This document shows, one piece after another, positions 12,865 to 25,590 of a DNA stretch of 64,000 nt. The stretch spans positions 22,320,001-22,384,000 of the forward strand of contig NC_135893.1 of assembly GCF_964194155.1 (NCBI RefSeq), read 5' to 3'. A model generated the notes under the pieces. That model did no database searches, was not told the origin of the DNA, and saw only the letters and a program-made list of their open reading frames with translations. Origin of the DNA: Cetorhinus maximus (lineage: Eukaryota). The first letter of the stretch is position 1. Each line of letters starts with the position of its first letter. The translations under genes were made by a program, and so were the position numbers.

Positions 12865-13140
12865 ACATAAGAAATAGGAACAGGAGCAAGCCATTCGGCA
12901 TCTGGAACCTGGTCCATCATTCAATAAGACAATGGCTGATCCGATTGTGGCTTTACCTTTACTTTCCTGCCTGCCCCCACGTAATTCTCGACTCTCTTGC
13001 CCATCAGAAATCTGTCTAACTCAGCCTTGAATCTATTTATGACCCTGTCTCCACCCCTTACTAGGGCAGAGAATTCCAAGCACTTATGACCCTCAGAGAA
13101 GAAATTCCTCACCTCTATTAAATGGGAGACCCCTTAATTG
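12865..13140 (-). mobile_element. CR1-type LINE 3' end
   Basis: AAGAACATAAGAAATAGGAACAGGAG tail and MRNFFSE...FKAELDRFL remnant. Confidence 0.75.
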
Positions 13141-15229
13141 TATATGGTAAAGAGGAGTAGGGATACATTCAGAAAACACTTGAGTTTTGTCAGTGTTATT
13201 TAGTTGGAAGAAAAAAGCTCACGTCAGTTATTTCTTGAAGCACAATTCACTGTTGATCAATCTTTAGTTTATGCTGTGATGAATCACATAAAGACTTCAG
13301 ATGCCACCACTGAACATTTTCATTTCTCTTCTGCACACATATCTCTTGCTACATCAACTAAGTGGCTAATATCTGCTGAAAGTTTCCCTCTTCTCATGTA
13401 GTGAATATAGTCAGACCCCTATAACCGCCTGTCGCTTAAGGTGTTGGCAGGAGGTAATTTAGTGGTGAAGCTGCTCTGCAAACACCAATAGTAGTTCAGG
13501 AGCTGGGAGAAACCGAAATACACAGTTGGATATATATATATGTTGCTTTATTTCAGTACAGACAATGCCACACTCTTAATAGTCATTGTGAATGGGTAAT
13601 ATCGATTTTTTTCCTTAAAAAGTTACTCGATGTCATCAATAAACATGCGGTATAAAAAATGTTGTGTTTGTCATTCATCAGAAATCTCCAACCAACACTG
13701 CCTGATTTCTGAACATGAAATAGGCAGAGTTACAAAATAAAATCCAATTTACTGAAGCAATTCTATCGACAGTTTGAAAATTGATTACTTCCAAATAATC
13801 CATTATTAAAAACAATTGAAAATCTGAGTATATCACTTTTGAGCAAGGCAATAGGTCTGAGGCAAAAATCAGTACGGAAAGTTTTCACATTTTTATATTC
13901 CTAGTCTAGCAAATCCTACTTCCAATCAGTTTATAAACTCTTGACAGTTACATGACCAAGGATTCTCTTCCTTATATTTCAGCACTGTAGCAGGGTACGG
14001 TATACCAAACCCTTATTATTGTAACCAGTATAAGAAAGAGGTTATGATTAATAACTATCATTTGAAAGTTTTTAGTTTTTCTGATTTCCTCCTTGTATCA
14101 AAAAATATGTTGATGACCTCAAAGAAAACAGGCAGACGAGGGAGGGGCAATTAGCGCTGGTATTGGCAGGTTAGATGCTTCTACTGAAAAGCAAAAAAAA
14201 ACTCCCATTGATCAGCTGACAGCAAACTTTGCGCATGACTGGAGGGGAAATATACAGGAACGAGATTAGGAAAAGTAGCATTTGCGCATGTCTATATATA
14301 CGGACTAAAAATATCCTTTGCAACATCATCACATTCCCATTGCCACTCTAATTAGATCGCAGCAAGGTCATATAGGTTTATTTAAAAGAGGTTTGCATAT
14401 TGTTCACAGCTTCCTATTTTCATGGATCTCAGTGTTAAGGTGAATTATATGATGAAATGTGATAAGCACAAATCACAACCCCAAACGCTGTTACTTTGTG
14501 CTATAGACAGACACTAGCAGTTGTTAGAATCCAATATTTAAGGCATTTAAAGATTGGGTTGTATCATATGTAGTCCTTTAACATAGGCACAATTGGAAAG
14601 AGTAGTTATGAAAACGTATTTCTTAATTTTGTTTTTAATATGTAAAGATCTTCAATGGCATTTGCTTACAATAGGGTAGACTAGTTAAATGTACAATGTA
14701 TTAATCTACTGCTGAAACGCAGCTGTGTGTAATTTGGTGTCCCTTTAAGACCATAAGGTCTAATTTGTTATGCCTATTTGGGGGAAACTTCTGGAAATTA
14801 ATTACTCTTGGGCAGATCCTATGGTAATTTTCAACCCTGTTCATTTCAGGATATGGTGACACAGGCAAAACCACATTTATTGCTCATCCCTAGTTGCCCG
14901 TAACTGGTGGGGTTTGAACTACTTGCCTCCACCATGCCAGTCTAGGATCACAACTACTACATTGTCCTATCTCAATTAGAGGGTTTAATGGAGAAATTAC
15001 TATTTCTTTCTTTTCAACACTTTTTATTTTAAAAGTGTTGTAGAAATGTATATACTTAACCTTTGACGGTCACAACTCAAAATGTTTTACAAAGTTTTTT
15101 GTTTTAAAATGTGAGGGTTGAATGGATTTGATTAGTTGTCCAGTAGCTGGATTAAGGTAAGAAATAAAATGAAGTACAGAATCCAAAGATAATGAATTCA
15201 GTCATAATTCTAAGCAACCATTGATTTTG

Positions 15230-15862
15230 GCAGGACAGGTGGAGAGAGCAGTTAATAAAGCATTTTGTATCCTGGGCTTTATTAATAGGGGCATAGAATA
15301 CAAGAGCAAGGAGGTTATGCTGAATTTATAAAAGACACTCTTTAGACCTCAGCTAGGTGCCACATTATAGGAAGGATGTGAACACATTGGAGAGAGTGCA
15401 GAAGTTGTTTACAAGAATGGTTTCACGGGATGAACAACTTCAGCTATGAAGATAGATTGGAGAGAAGGTCAAGGGGAGATTTGATAGAGATGTTCAAAAT
15501 GATGAGGGGGCTGGACAGAGTAGATAGGGAGAAGCTGTTCCCACTTGTAAAAGGATCAAGAACAAGATGGCACAGATTTCAAGTGATTTGCAAAAGAAGC
15601 AAATGTGACGTGAGAAAAAAAACTTTTTCACACAGCGAGTGGTTCAAGTCTGGAATGCACTGCCTGGAAGTGTGGAGGAGGCAGGTTCAATCGAGGCATT
15701 CAAGAGTGCATAGGATGATTATTTGAACAGAAACGATATGTAGGGGTGTGGGGAAAAGGCAGGGTTAATGGCACGAGGTCATAATGTTCATTTGGAGAGC
15801 TGGTGCGGACACAATAGGCCGAATGGCCTCCTTCTGTGCCATTAAAATTCTGTGATTCTGAT
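15230..15862 (+). mobile_element. CR1/HER1-type LINE 3' fragment
   Basis: ORF 15430..15726 SYEDRLERRSRGDLIEMFKMMRGLDRVDREKLFP; tail GGCCGAATGGCCTCCTTCTGTG...ATTCTGTGATTCTG. Confidence 0.88.
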
Positions 15863-17494
15863 TCTGTTGCTGAATTTTCTCCTCTCCTAACTCTCCATGG
15901 GTACAGTTCCATTGATGACAAAAGCCATCTGCTTATTCACTAGTGGCCATTATTGAGCTGAGATCCTAGACCCTGAATGTCAGCAAACTATTCCACTATG
16001 CAGAGCATCAGAGCTGAGCTTAACTCTGTCCTCAGTGACACATGCACTTTCTCATAGCGAGCTGAAGTGGAAATGCTGGATTATTTTTCTCTTCTTTACC
16101 CAATTGTCATACCTATAGCCAACTCCTCTGAGCCTTTGCTGAAATTAGCCAACTCAGAGGAGTGGAATCTGGGACCTTCTCGTAGCTATTACCACCCTCG
16201 TCAATTTGTTTAGTTTATCAGGGACATATTGATCATGGACTCCATGGTCATTACCAGTTTGGTAAACTCAACCAGTAGAGGGTTTTCTGGGGTGCCACAC
16301 CTCCAGGTTGGAAACATGGACCAGTCTGAGGGTGAAAGAACTCAACAGTATTGCTCCAGAAAGCACAAAACATTACCATAATGCACCTCAGAAAAATAAC
16401 TATGGAAGGCAATAAGATCTGAAACTGCACAATTTGTTAGCCTGAAAATACCCTTTCAAATTGACAATAATTAGATATGCATTAGGTATGGTGTATAACA
16501 TACTTTGAGGAACAGGGAGAATGTACCCTGAAAGTACTTGACCCCTTTCTCCTTCACTCCCTTCACAGCAGTTCCTCCTTTAATTACAGAGCATTCCCTT
16601 TAGCAGCTGCACATAAATAACAGCTACAAGACCAATCAGAGGCTAATGCAATCTTTGGACAGTTTAATTTAAGCCTAGACGTCAACCAGGGTTTATTCCA
16701 GTAGTGTTAACCAGCAAATCATACCTATTAATATACAGGTAATTTATAGACTGTGGAATCCACATGCATATGGACTAGGCACTCAGCAATAATTAATTGA
16801 AATGTACAATTAATATTTGACTTATTATGGAGGTGACTATATAATTTCCCCGTAGTGAATCTGCAGTAAACCTTTGCAATTTTGTTCTCCAGTGCAAAGC
16901 ATTAATTGAGCTGATTTACTACTAGCCTGGACTGCAGTTAGCATCAATACATTATCACACTATAATTTATTGTTAGCTACATAGTGATTCTAGATTCCAG
17001 AGATTGCACAGAGGGAACATTCCAAACCAGGAGCACAGCTTATAGACCGACTATAAACACAGGAGTGATTTAAAATGCCCTCTGGGGGAAGGCTGTTGTG
17101 GAGAGCAGAAGCCGTGTGCTGAACTGCTCTCGCTTCACAAGAAACCAGGAGCTAGCCTTTCTTTTAATGACTCCAGCTGTGGGTGTGTGCTCCTTCCCTC
17201 AGCTCCTGTGTAACAAATAAAAGGGAAGGCTTCCTTAGAAAAAGATTCCTATAACCCAAACAATGCCACAAGACAAACGTAAATCTGTCATTAAATGTCC
17301 ATCAGGTTTAATTGGATGCTTGATAACTCAATAACTTATTTTCAGATCTCCACCTCACTTGGTCATGCCACCAATGGCCGTATTTTACATGCCTTCCCAG
17401 ATGAGCCCATCTGGTAGTCTTTAGACCTATACCTTTCTCTTGCCATGCACAAATGGATCAAGCTGCGCTCAATAAATAAGAGTCGTTAGCTCTT

Positions 17495-17500
17495 TTTATT
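17495..17500 (-). terminator. Candidate polyadenylation signal (AATAAA) of MICOS10
   Basis: TTTATT on + strand ~125 nt past the stop codon, with a T-rich element downstream on the - strand. Confidence 0.55.
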
Positions 17501-17625
17501 AATGACGATTTTAATATAGAAGCTTGAGAAGTGAAATTAAATACAGCACAGCAATAAGAATCGCTGTTACATGCACACAGGCAGAATTGATCCACGGGAA
17601 ACTGGTACTGTATAGTAAGCAAATC

Positions 17626-17640
17626 CTAAGGCGACTGGTC
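17626..17640 (-). CDS. MICOS10: MIC10 terminal coding exon (DQSP-stop)
   Basis: Branch point TACTAAT (17667-17673), T-rich tract, CACAG acceptor, then GAC CAG TCG CCT TAG; total CDS 64+48+110+15=237 nt = 78 aa, the recalled human length. Confidence 0.85.
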   Translation of the reverse strand, partial: DQSP

Positions 17641-19749
17641 CTGTGAAAAAAATAATAATTCACAAAATTAGTATAGAATTTAATTTGGCAGAATTAAGAA
17701 ACAGCGATAATATTTTACCACAAATAAAGAGGCACAGAAAATTACATTATCTGTGTTCCTCACAAAGAAAAAACGGGCATGCTTAACTAGTAACAGAAAA
17801 AGGTGGACATTATCACAGAGATGAGGGCACGAAAGAAGGTACGGAGAAGGGCCTTCAGAGGCACAGTCAAAGAGAAGAGCTTTGGAAGGAAGTGGCAAGG
17901 AAAAAGGATTTGGGGAGAGAATTCCATATGGAATGGATCTACAGCTTTAAGACAATTAATTTTGTTCTCACCTCTGGCAGAGGCTGAAGAACAAATCAGC
18001 TTCATTTCCTCAGTTGGAGAAATTCTGTATGTGTAAAGCAGAGATAAAAAGAGCTGGGAGGAGGCACAGGGGTGGGGATTGCAGGGGGAAAAGTTTTCAC
18101 AAAAGCAGCTGAATGTGAGAGGGGAAGACAGACACTCTTCTCCTGGCTGTGTAAATCATTCCCAGTTTGATTTTGACCATAAAAGCCTAATTTCATTTAA
18201 AATGCAACCGTGTCATATATACGAAAGAAACTCAAATTTAGCTGAAATGTAATACACACACAGCACAACTTCCATTCCCATTTCTATGCATGAATTACAA
18301 TTTCAATTATATTTCTGTTCTCGTGGGATGAACCTATAGCAGGTGAATTTCAGTATTTCTGGTTCATTCCAAGTTCAGCGATTTACAACCAAGCTAAACA
18401 AAGGGGTATGCTGCATTTACAGCTTATCTTGAGTTTTATTACCTTGCCCTGTCCAGAAAGCTCCTCACTGGAGTCAGTTTCAAGGGCCCTGACTACCCTT
18501 CTGAATCTCATAAGGGGTCATTCTTCATAGTGTTGACAGAATATTTATCTACAGAGAACATCGCAGTGAGACCAACCTCATCCTCACCTGATATTGTAGT
18601 TTGTAGCAGGAGGATCATAACTGACAACCAAAACGAACATCTATCCCTCTACCCCCACCCCCAAGCCATGAAGTACACTTTATTCTGGATAAAAACACAT
18701 GTGATCTAAATAACTGATTCGAGAATAAAACAACTCAACTATTTAATTTTTAAAAAATTGTAAACACAGACATTGAAACAGAGCTCACCATTTTAAAAAT
18801 GAATCAATTGCATATAACCATTTAGTGAAAGGTTTAACTAGCCTCCATTAGAAAACTTGTAAAATGACTATCACTTGACATTTGCTGAAGCTTCCTCAGG
18901 GAAACCCTGGTATTTTGCTAAACTAAGTATTTTATTAAGATTCAACTACACAAGCAATGTTTTACATGAATGGTAGTCGGGAAACTATATGTGACCTCAC
19001 TGCCCTTTGGTCTAGGTTGGGAATAGAGAATTTTGGATCACTATTCAGCAACCCTTGCTGCACAAATATCAGGCAAGGATGAGTAGATTTGCTTCTACGT
19101 TCCTGATAGTTAAATACATCTTTCCTGTCGGTCAGTGAGGTCTAGAAAGCCTGGTTCTGTGTTTATATGTTCTACAGCTACAATTTGCAAGGCCAGTAAA
19201 GGCCATAAATATTTTGCAAACCTGAAATTCAAGGGAAATGGAGGAAACATGTGTTCAAGAAAAGGAGAATCCACACATACTTCGAGTTAACTTGGCAAGC
19301 ATCCTTGTGCCAAAACAGAGGAACTGGTCAATGACAGAAACAGGAACTGCAATAACAGTCACTGAAAAGTTGTAGGCAAGTCACAGCCAATGGAGCAAGA
19401 ATGCCCATCCACTGACCTCACTTGTGTCTACAGCATCCAGTACAGAATAGACTTGCACACTGTTGGGATTGTGAACTGTCTTCCTTACAATCTGAAGCTG
19501 TAGCCCTCCATGCTGATCAAACCATACCCAGTAGATTTGATGACAAGAGTTTGGCAGAGATGCAATGGACTAGTAGGTCTAGTCTCCTTTGACCATAATT
19601 CTAGTTTGCTTACATACGTCAGCACAAACTCCCCTTGCAAGGGTTCAACAGATGCTGAAGGAAAACTCAGAGGTTGTTTGATTCTCCCAGTATCATCTGT
19701 CCTGTAATACCGATCAAAATCTCAGTTAAAATACAGTATCTGTACTCAC

Positions 19750-19859
19750 TTTGACGAATTTTCCATACATAAGATACGGGGACTGGAAATCATTCTGGCA
19801 GTTAGCATAGGCCATTCCTATACCCATTCCTGCACCAAATGTAATAGGCCAAACACGCC
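19750..19859 (-). CDS. MICOS10: MIC10 coding exon 3 ([37 protein letters not shown]; TM2)
   Basis: Within ORF 19726..19935; acceptor TGTAG, donor AAA|GTGAGT, 110 nt; strong similarity to human [36 protein letters not shown] (recalled). Confidence 0.96.
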
Positions 19860-20791
19860 CTACACACAGAAAAAACATAACATTAGGCTCAATGTAAATA
19901 CCTGGAGCCTGGAAATCATTAAATACATTTTTCAATTTATTTAATAAAGCTCTACAACAGACTCATTTGCTTTTCTGTTTAATAGAATGACAGAATAGTA
20001 CAGCCCGTCAAGTCTGTGCTGCCTCTTTCAAAGAGCAATACAATTAGTCCCACACCCCCTGACACTTTCCCCATATCTCTGCAAGCTTTTCTCCTTTGAG
20101 TATTTATCAAATTCCTCTTTGAAGGCAACTTCTGAATTTGTATCCAGTATCCTATCAGGCAGTGCATTCCAAATCTACTCTTTTCCCCTCTCTTCTGTAG
20201 CCACATAACCGTGCTAGGTTACAGTTCCATAGCCACAGTCTGACAATGAGCACCGTGACTATTCTTCACAGGTGCAATTGGGCAGTGAGTGTCAGTACAC
20301 TATTCAATCATGGCAGGAAGGAGGTGGAAGGGGCAATGTAGCCCAGCCTGGTCCTTACATCACCCAGTATTAGCTTGCCAGAAATGTTCAGGAGGTACAA
20401 CTCTGGGGGAGTTTTGCCCTCTAGTGTGCTGACACACCTACCACTACCCTGGAGAGTCACTAACTCAGTATAGACCAAAGATTGCACCTGGGCTGCAGCT
20501 CTGTATGGCTCAATTACTTAAATGGTTGATGTATTTAACAGAGTTATCAGAGGAGCAAGGGTGTTAATTTTCCTGAATGTGTCAAATCATAGCTTTGCTT
20601 TTCCTGGGCTATAACGGCAGCACCTCGCACAATGTTGCTAAGACTCGCCTATTGGGAAGCACTCTACAACAGCCTGGGGAATGACCCCCATCCTCCCGCT
20701 TAACTCCACCCAGATTTTGCTTCCTGCAGTTATTACACTCACTTATTTACTGTTCCATACACACTCGACAACAGTGAACTGCAATACTTAC

Positions 20792-20839
20792 GCTTAAAAA
20801 CGACGACAGAGAATACAATGCCTAAGCCAAAGCCAACAC
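20792..20839 (-). CDS. MICOS10: MIC10 coding exon 2 (G-VGFGLGIVFSVVVFK-R; TM1 with GxGxGxG)
   Basis: Acceptor TTTTCAG, donor C|GTAAGT, 48 nt, phases compatible with exons 1 and 3; glycine motif of Mic10 TM1. Confidence 0.95.
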
Positions 20840-21700
20840 CTGAAAAGTAAATAAATTTTCTTTTTAAAAAAAAGCTTGAAATTTAACCATCAAAAGCCAC
20901 AAGATAAAGTGTACCAGTCTTATAAACTGTTTGGATCAGTGGCATTGCAGCATTTAACATTTCTGTACACCTGCGGATCAAAGAATTATTTTTGTCCATT
21001 TTGTAGCTTTTTGCAAATAACCTAGCAAAGACCCAGTCAATACTGGGCTGGTCTATAGGCCTCTCCTCTCACTGGCCTCAAAAATCATCAGGGTGGGGGA
21101 GGAGGAGGTGTTAAGTAAGTTTTGGCTTTTCATCTTGAAAGAGAATCTTCCTTAGGGGCAACTAACACAATTATAACTTGGAGTCAAGTCATGGTGTTCA
21201 ACAAATTGCAGGAACTACTGCAGGGGAAAAAACATCCGCCTGCACAACTGTGAATTTCAGCTTGTCTGGCACTATTAGTCTTAACAGATTGATTGTATAA
21301 AGAAAGACAGGTACCTCCTAACTCAAACTAATAAATGAACACACTTCAACTCAGTGCTAATTAGCTCCATGTCAAAGGCTTTAAGAGCAGACCTACCCGC
21401 TCCAAAAAAAGTTTACAGTTTTTGTATTTTTATATCGAGTGCTCCCTGATGGCTTGATGAGCTTATCAGGGATGTAGCTGAGACTTACAAACTAGGAGGT
21501 CTCAGATTCAATCCTTTGTTGATCCAGGGCAATACCACTGAGAAAGGGAGTGGAGCTTTCCACTCCTGATAGAGTGATACCTGCAGGAATTGCACATGTG
21601 GACACTGATGGACAACCCAGAACTAGCTGTGATGTCACACATGAGTATTGTGTGCTTTGGTGAGATACTGTAATCCACCAGGGAGTTGGTGCCTTTTGGT

Positions 21701-21701
<1 letters not shown>

Positions 21702-21733
<32 letters not shown>
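21702..21733. repeat. Poly-G tract (~32 nt)
   Basis: Direct reading; shorter poly-G/C runs at ~1628-1668, ~5812-5830, ~7608-7628. Confidence 0.9.
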
Positions 21734-21734
<1 letters not shown>

Positions 21735-22059
21735 AAGCAGGGGGAAGGGTGGGGAAACTTTGGAGAGAAAAAAATGTGGTACATCATGTTGGAGGATGGG
21801 GCAAAAAGCGTAGAAATTAGTTTTCTAAACAAGTCAGTTACTACCTAAAAGGAATTGGAAAATAAAATGTTCATGCAACAATCTCACATCAGGCTGTCAA
21901 CTTACACTATCATGAGCAGACTTTTTTTTAAACCACAATTTGGGCATTAAATTAGCAATAGAATTTCATATCTTAAAATCAGCATTTATTTTATGAAACA
22001 TATCAGGAAATATCAAACCAGAATAACATGTACTCAATATTTATGGACTCAGCACTAAA

Positions 22060-23510
22060 TAGCAGAAGTGTTGGTCACAATCTTTCAATCTTCATTGGAT
22101 ATAGGAGTGCTGTGGCAAGACTGCAAAGCTGTTAATGTTATACCATTATCCAAGAATGGGGAGAAGGATAACAGAAAACTACAGCCTAACATCAGTGGTG
22201 GGGAAATTACTGGCAACCATTGACAAGGACAAAACAAACCTATATTTGGAAAGGCTTGAGTCAATCAAGAGGAACCAGCATAGATTTGTTAAAGGCAAAA
22301 CATATCTAATTTTGTTGAATTCTTTAATCAGGGAACAGAAAAGGTCGATCAAAGTAGTTCAGTAGATGTTATATATTTGGACTTTCAGTTGGTATTGGAC
22401 AAAGTGCCACATAGAAGGCTTATTAAGAAGATGGAATCCTGTGGAATTAAAGAGAAAGTGGGGGTATGGATATAAAATTGAATCAGTGACATAAAGCAAA
22501 GGGTAATGGTGAATGAATGTTTTTCAGACTAGAAGGTGGTGGTGTGCCCCAGGGGTCAGTTTTGGATCCCTTGCTTTTTGCACTTTTATATAAACGACTC
22601 AGACTTGGGTGCAGCATTGTAAAATTTGCAGATGATACAAAACTTGGCAAAGTAGTAGATAGTGATAAGGACAGCTTATAGGTTTCAGGATGATACAGAG
22701 AGGATGGTGAAATGTGTATAAGCTTGAGCTCAATGCAGAGACAGGTGAGGTGTTGCATTTTGGGTGGGCTAATATGGAAATACTGTAACTATAAATGGCA
22801 TTATTTTGAAAAATGTAGATGAGCAGAGTGTCCTTAGTGTCAATATATACAAATACTTAAAGGTGGCAGAGCAAGTTAATAACGTGGTTCAAAAAGCATA
22901 TGGCTTTCTTGGGTTTATAAATAGAGGAATGGAATTTAAAAGCAAAGAGATCACACTGGAACTTTATAAATCACTGGTTAGGTCGCAGCTATTGTGGACA
23001 ATTCTGCGCACCACCCTTCAGGAAAAGATGTAAAGCACTTAGAAAGGATGCAGAGGTGTTTTATTACCAGGGATGAGGGACTTCAGTTGAGCAGCAGTTA
23101 GAAAAGTTGGGACAGCTCTCATTGGAACAGAGAAGGTTAAGAGGTGATGCAAGAGATTTTCAAGATGAGAGGTTTTGATAGTGTAGACAGAGAAAATTAT
23201 TCTCCCTGGTGACTGGGTCAATAACGAGAGGTCATAGATTCAAATTCATCGACAACAGATCTAGGGGGGAGACCAGGAGAATTTTTCCTCACTCAGCTGT
23301 GGGGATCTGAAATGCTTTACCTGAAATGGTGGTGGAACCGGATTCCATAAATAATTTTAAAAGTGGGAGTTACTTGAGGATGAGGAACTTACAGGGTTAC
23401 AAACAAAAAGGGGATGTGGGACTAAGCATGCCTGATCTTTCAAAGAGCCAGCAAGAGCACAATGGGCTGAATGGCCTCCTCTGTGCTGTAATTGTCTGTG
23501 ACTCTATGAA
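22060..23510 (+). mobile_element. Degenerate CR1-type LINE (RT through 3' tail)
   Basis: RT remnants (GVPQGSVL, FADDTKLG at ~22540-22650) and tail GGGCTGAATGGCCTCCTCTGTGCTGTAA. Confidence 0.88.
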
Positions 23511-24944
23511 TTTTCAACTTGCTAATAAATTTAATTAACAGCTTTAAAGTTAATCTTCAGTAAGGTTGCAGTTACAAACAAGCCAATTTAATCTTGCACT
23601 GAAGATTTTGGCCATTAGATCAGCAAGAATTTGAGAACTTGTTTTGTTCCAAGCATTTTTGAACCTCAAAGCCCACTACAATTAACAATTTCCTAAAATA
23701 CCGCGCACAGAAATTATACCTAACTAGTACAAGTTAACCATCAACAAGAATGTACAAAATAGGGAACCATTTCGACCTTTAACCTTCATCTCTGCTGCAC
23801 ACCACCTGTCTCCCAGACAGAGATGCATTAAGGTCTTTTTTTTTTGTTGCCCTTAACCCTAGGGCTGGGGCCCACAAGAAGGGACTTTACAAAGAGGTCA
23901 AGTCTGCATTTTGCAACACATTTTTGTCTTTTTTAAAAGAAAAAAAATCTCTTCTCTGTTGGAAACTGACTTTCACTGTAAGTATTTAAACTGTTACAGA
24001 AAGTTTGTGAACTTAACAAATATAAGCTTTGTACAAGGAATTATTTAATCAGGAGAAAAGCAACCCAGGCATGCAGTCAGTAAATGCTGCAGTCGGCTAA
24101 TTTATGTATTGTTCACGTTTGGATTGCAAAGCCATTTACGTGTCGGAGTGTTAATCATATAGAACTGCACCTCAAATGTTCTAAAAGAAAAGGCAATGTA
24201 CATCTATACTAGCTTCAAGGATGTGGCTTTGTTTAATCTTTAACACAGAAAAACACATTAAAACATATATGCAAGCCCTGGATAAATGGAACATGGTAGA
24301 CTGAAAGGTTCCAGGATATCACAAAACTCTTCCACTGAAGGGCCTTAGAACAGAAACTTTATAATCAGAATTCAAATCAAACTTATGTTGCAGTACCGCC
24401 CCAATGACCAATAATCAAATTAATAAGTTCTAAACTGCTTTATTCTGATGTGCACAAGAAGCATACACCCTGAGCAGTGGCTGAGACTGATTAGATGAGA
24501 GGTAGTGGGCTTCACGCGACGATAGTGGATCCTAACATACAACTCTACAAAATATACAGCACAGATAAAAGGCTAGTAGGCAAGAAAGATAGAACTCAAA
24601 GATAATCAGAAAGGACCAACATGAGACATTTCAGAGGCTTCAGTGTTTAGGAAAAAAATCTTGTTAAATATATAGGACTGTATTTTTGTGGGGTGCTTGG
24701 AATCTTAACTTTGTCTCAGATATGACCACTGAGCCAAGCTCTAGCCTTAGCCACAAAATTATACTTCTTCAGTGCTTTTAATAGCAGGAATACCTGCATG
24801 CAATTGGCTGAAGGCCACTATTAACAAGTACAGCAAGTGAGGAATGGCCCATTTGATTTCTAAGGTGGAACCAAAGAGTACATTTACAACAGGGTTGAAA
24901 ATATTGTACAAAATAGTGCAGAGAAACTACCCAATTAAAATAGA

Positions 24945-25190
24945 TTTGCATTTTTCATATCGGGGCTTTCATGACCAGAGGACATCCCAAAGCATTTTGC
25001 AGCCAATGTAGTACTTTTCAAGTGCAGTCACTGCTGTGAGAAACATGGTAGCCAATTGGTGCACAGCAAGCTTCCATAAACAGCAATGGAATAATGACCA
25101 ATTAATCTGTTTTTAGTTATGTTGGATGGGGGATAAATATTGGCTAGGAAACCAGGGAGAACTCCCCTTTCCTTCATTGAAAAATGCATT
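24945..25190 (-). mobile_element. Deu-domain SINE fragment
   Basis: Reverse complement of core at 61300-61510. Confidence 0.7.
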
Positions 25191-25590
25191 CAATTTCATC
25201 CGCCCATTTCACCAGTCTGACTTGGTCCTCCTGCAGTTTTCTACTATCCTCACTGCTCACTAAATTTCCGAATTTTGCACCGTTTGCAAACATTGAAATT
25301 CTGCCCTGTATACCCAAGTCCAGTCATTAATACACATCAAAAAGAGCAGTGATCCCCACATCAACCTCAGCAAAAACCAGTGCACACTTCGCTCTCGTCT
25401 GAAAAAAATTCTCTGCTTTCTGTCACTCAGCCAATTTCTTATGCACGCAACCACTGCCCTTTTAATCTCATGGGCATCAATATTGCTAACAAGTCTATTG
25501 TTATTTATATTTATCAAACACCTTTGGAAAGTCCATATACACAACATCAACTGCACTAACTCTCGTTAATCCTTTCCACAACTTCATCAG
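25190..25590 (-). mobile_element. CR1-type LINE RT fragment
   Basis: ORF 25260..25556 ...IRNWLSDRKQR...LLFLMCIND. Confidence 0.7.
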
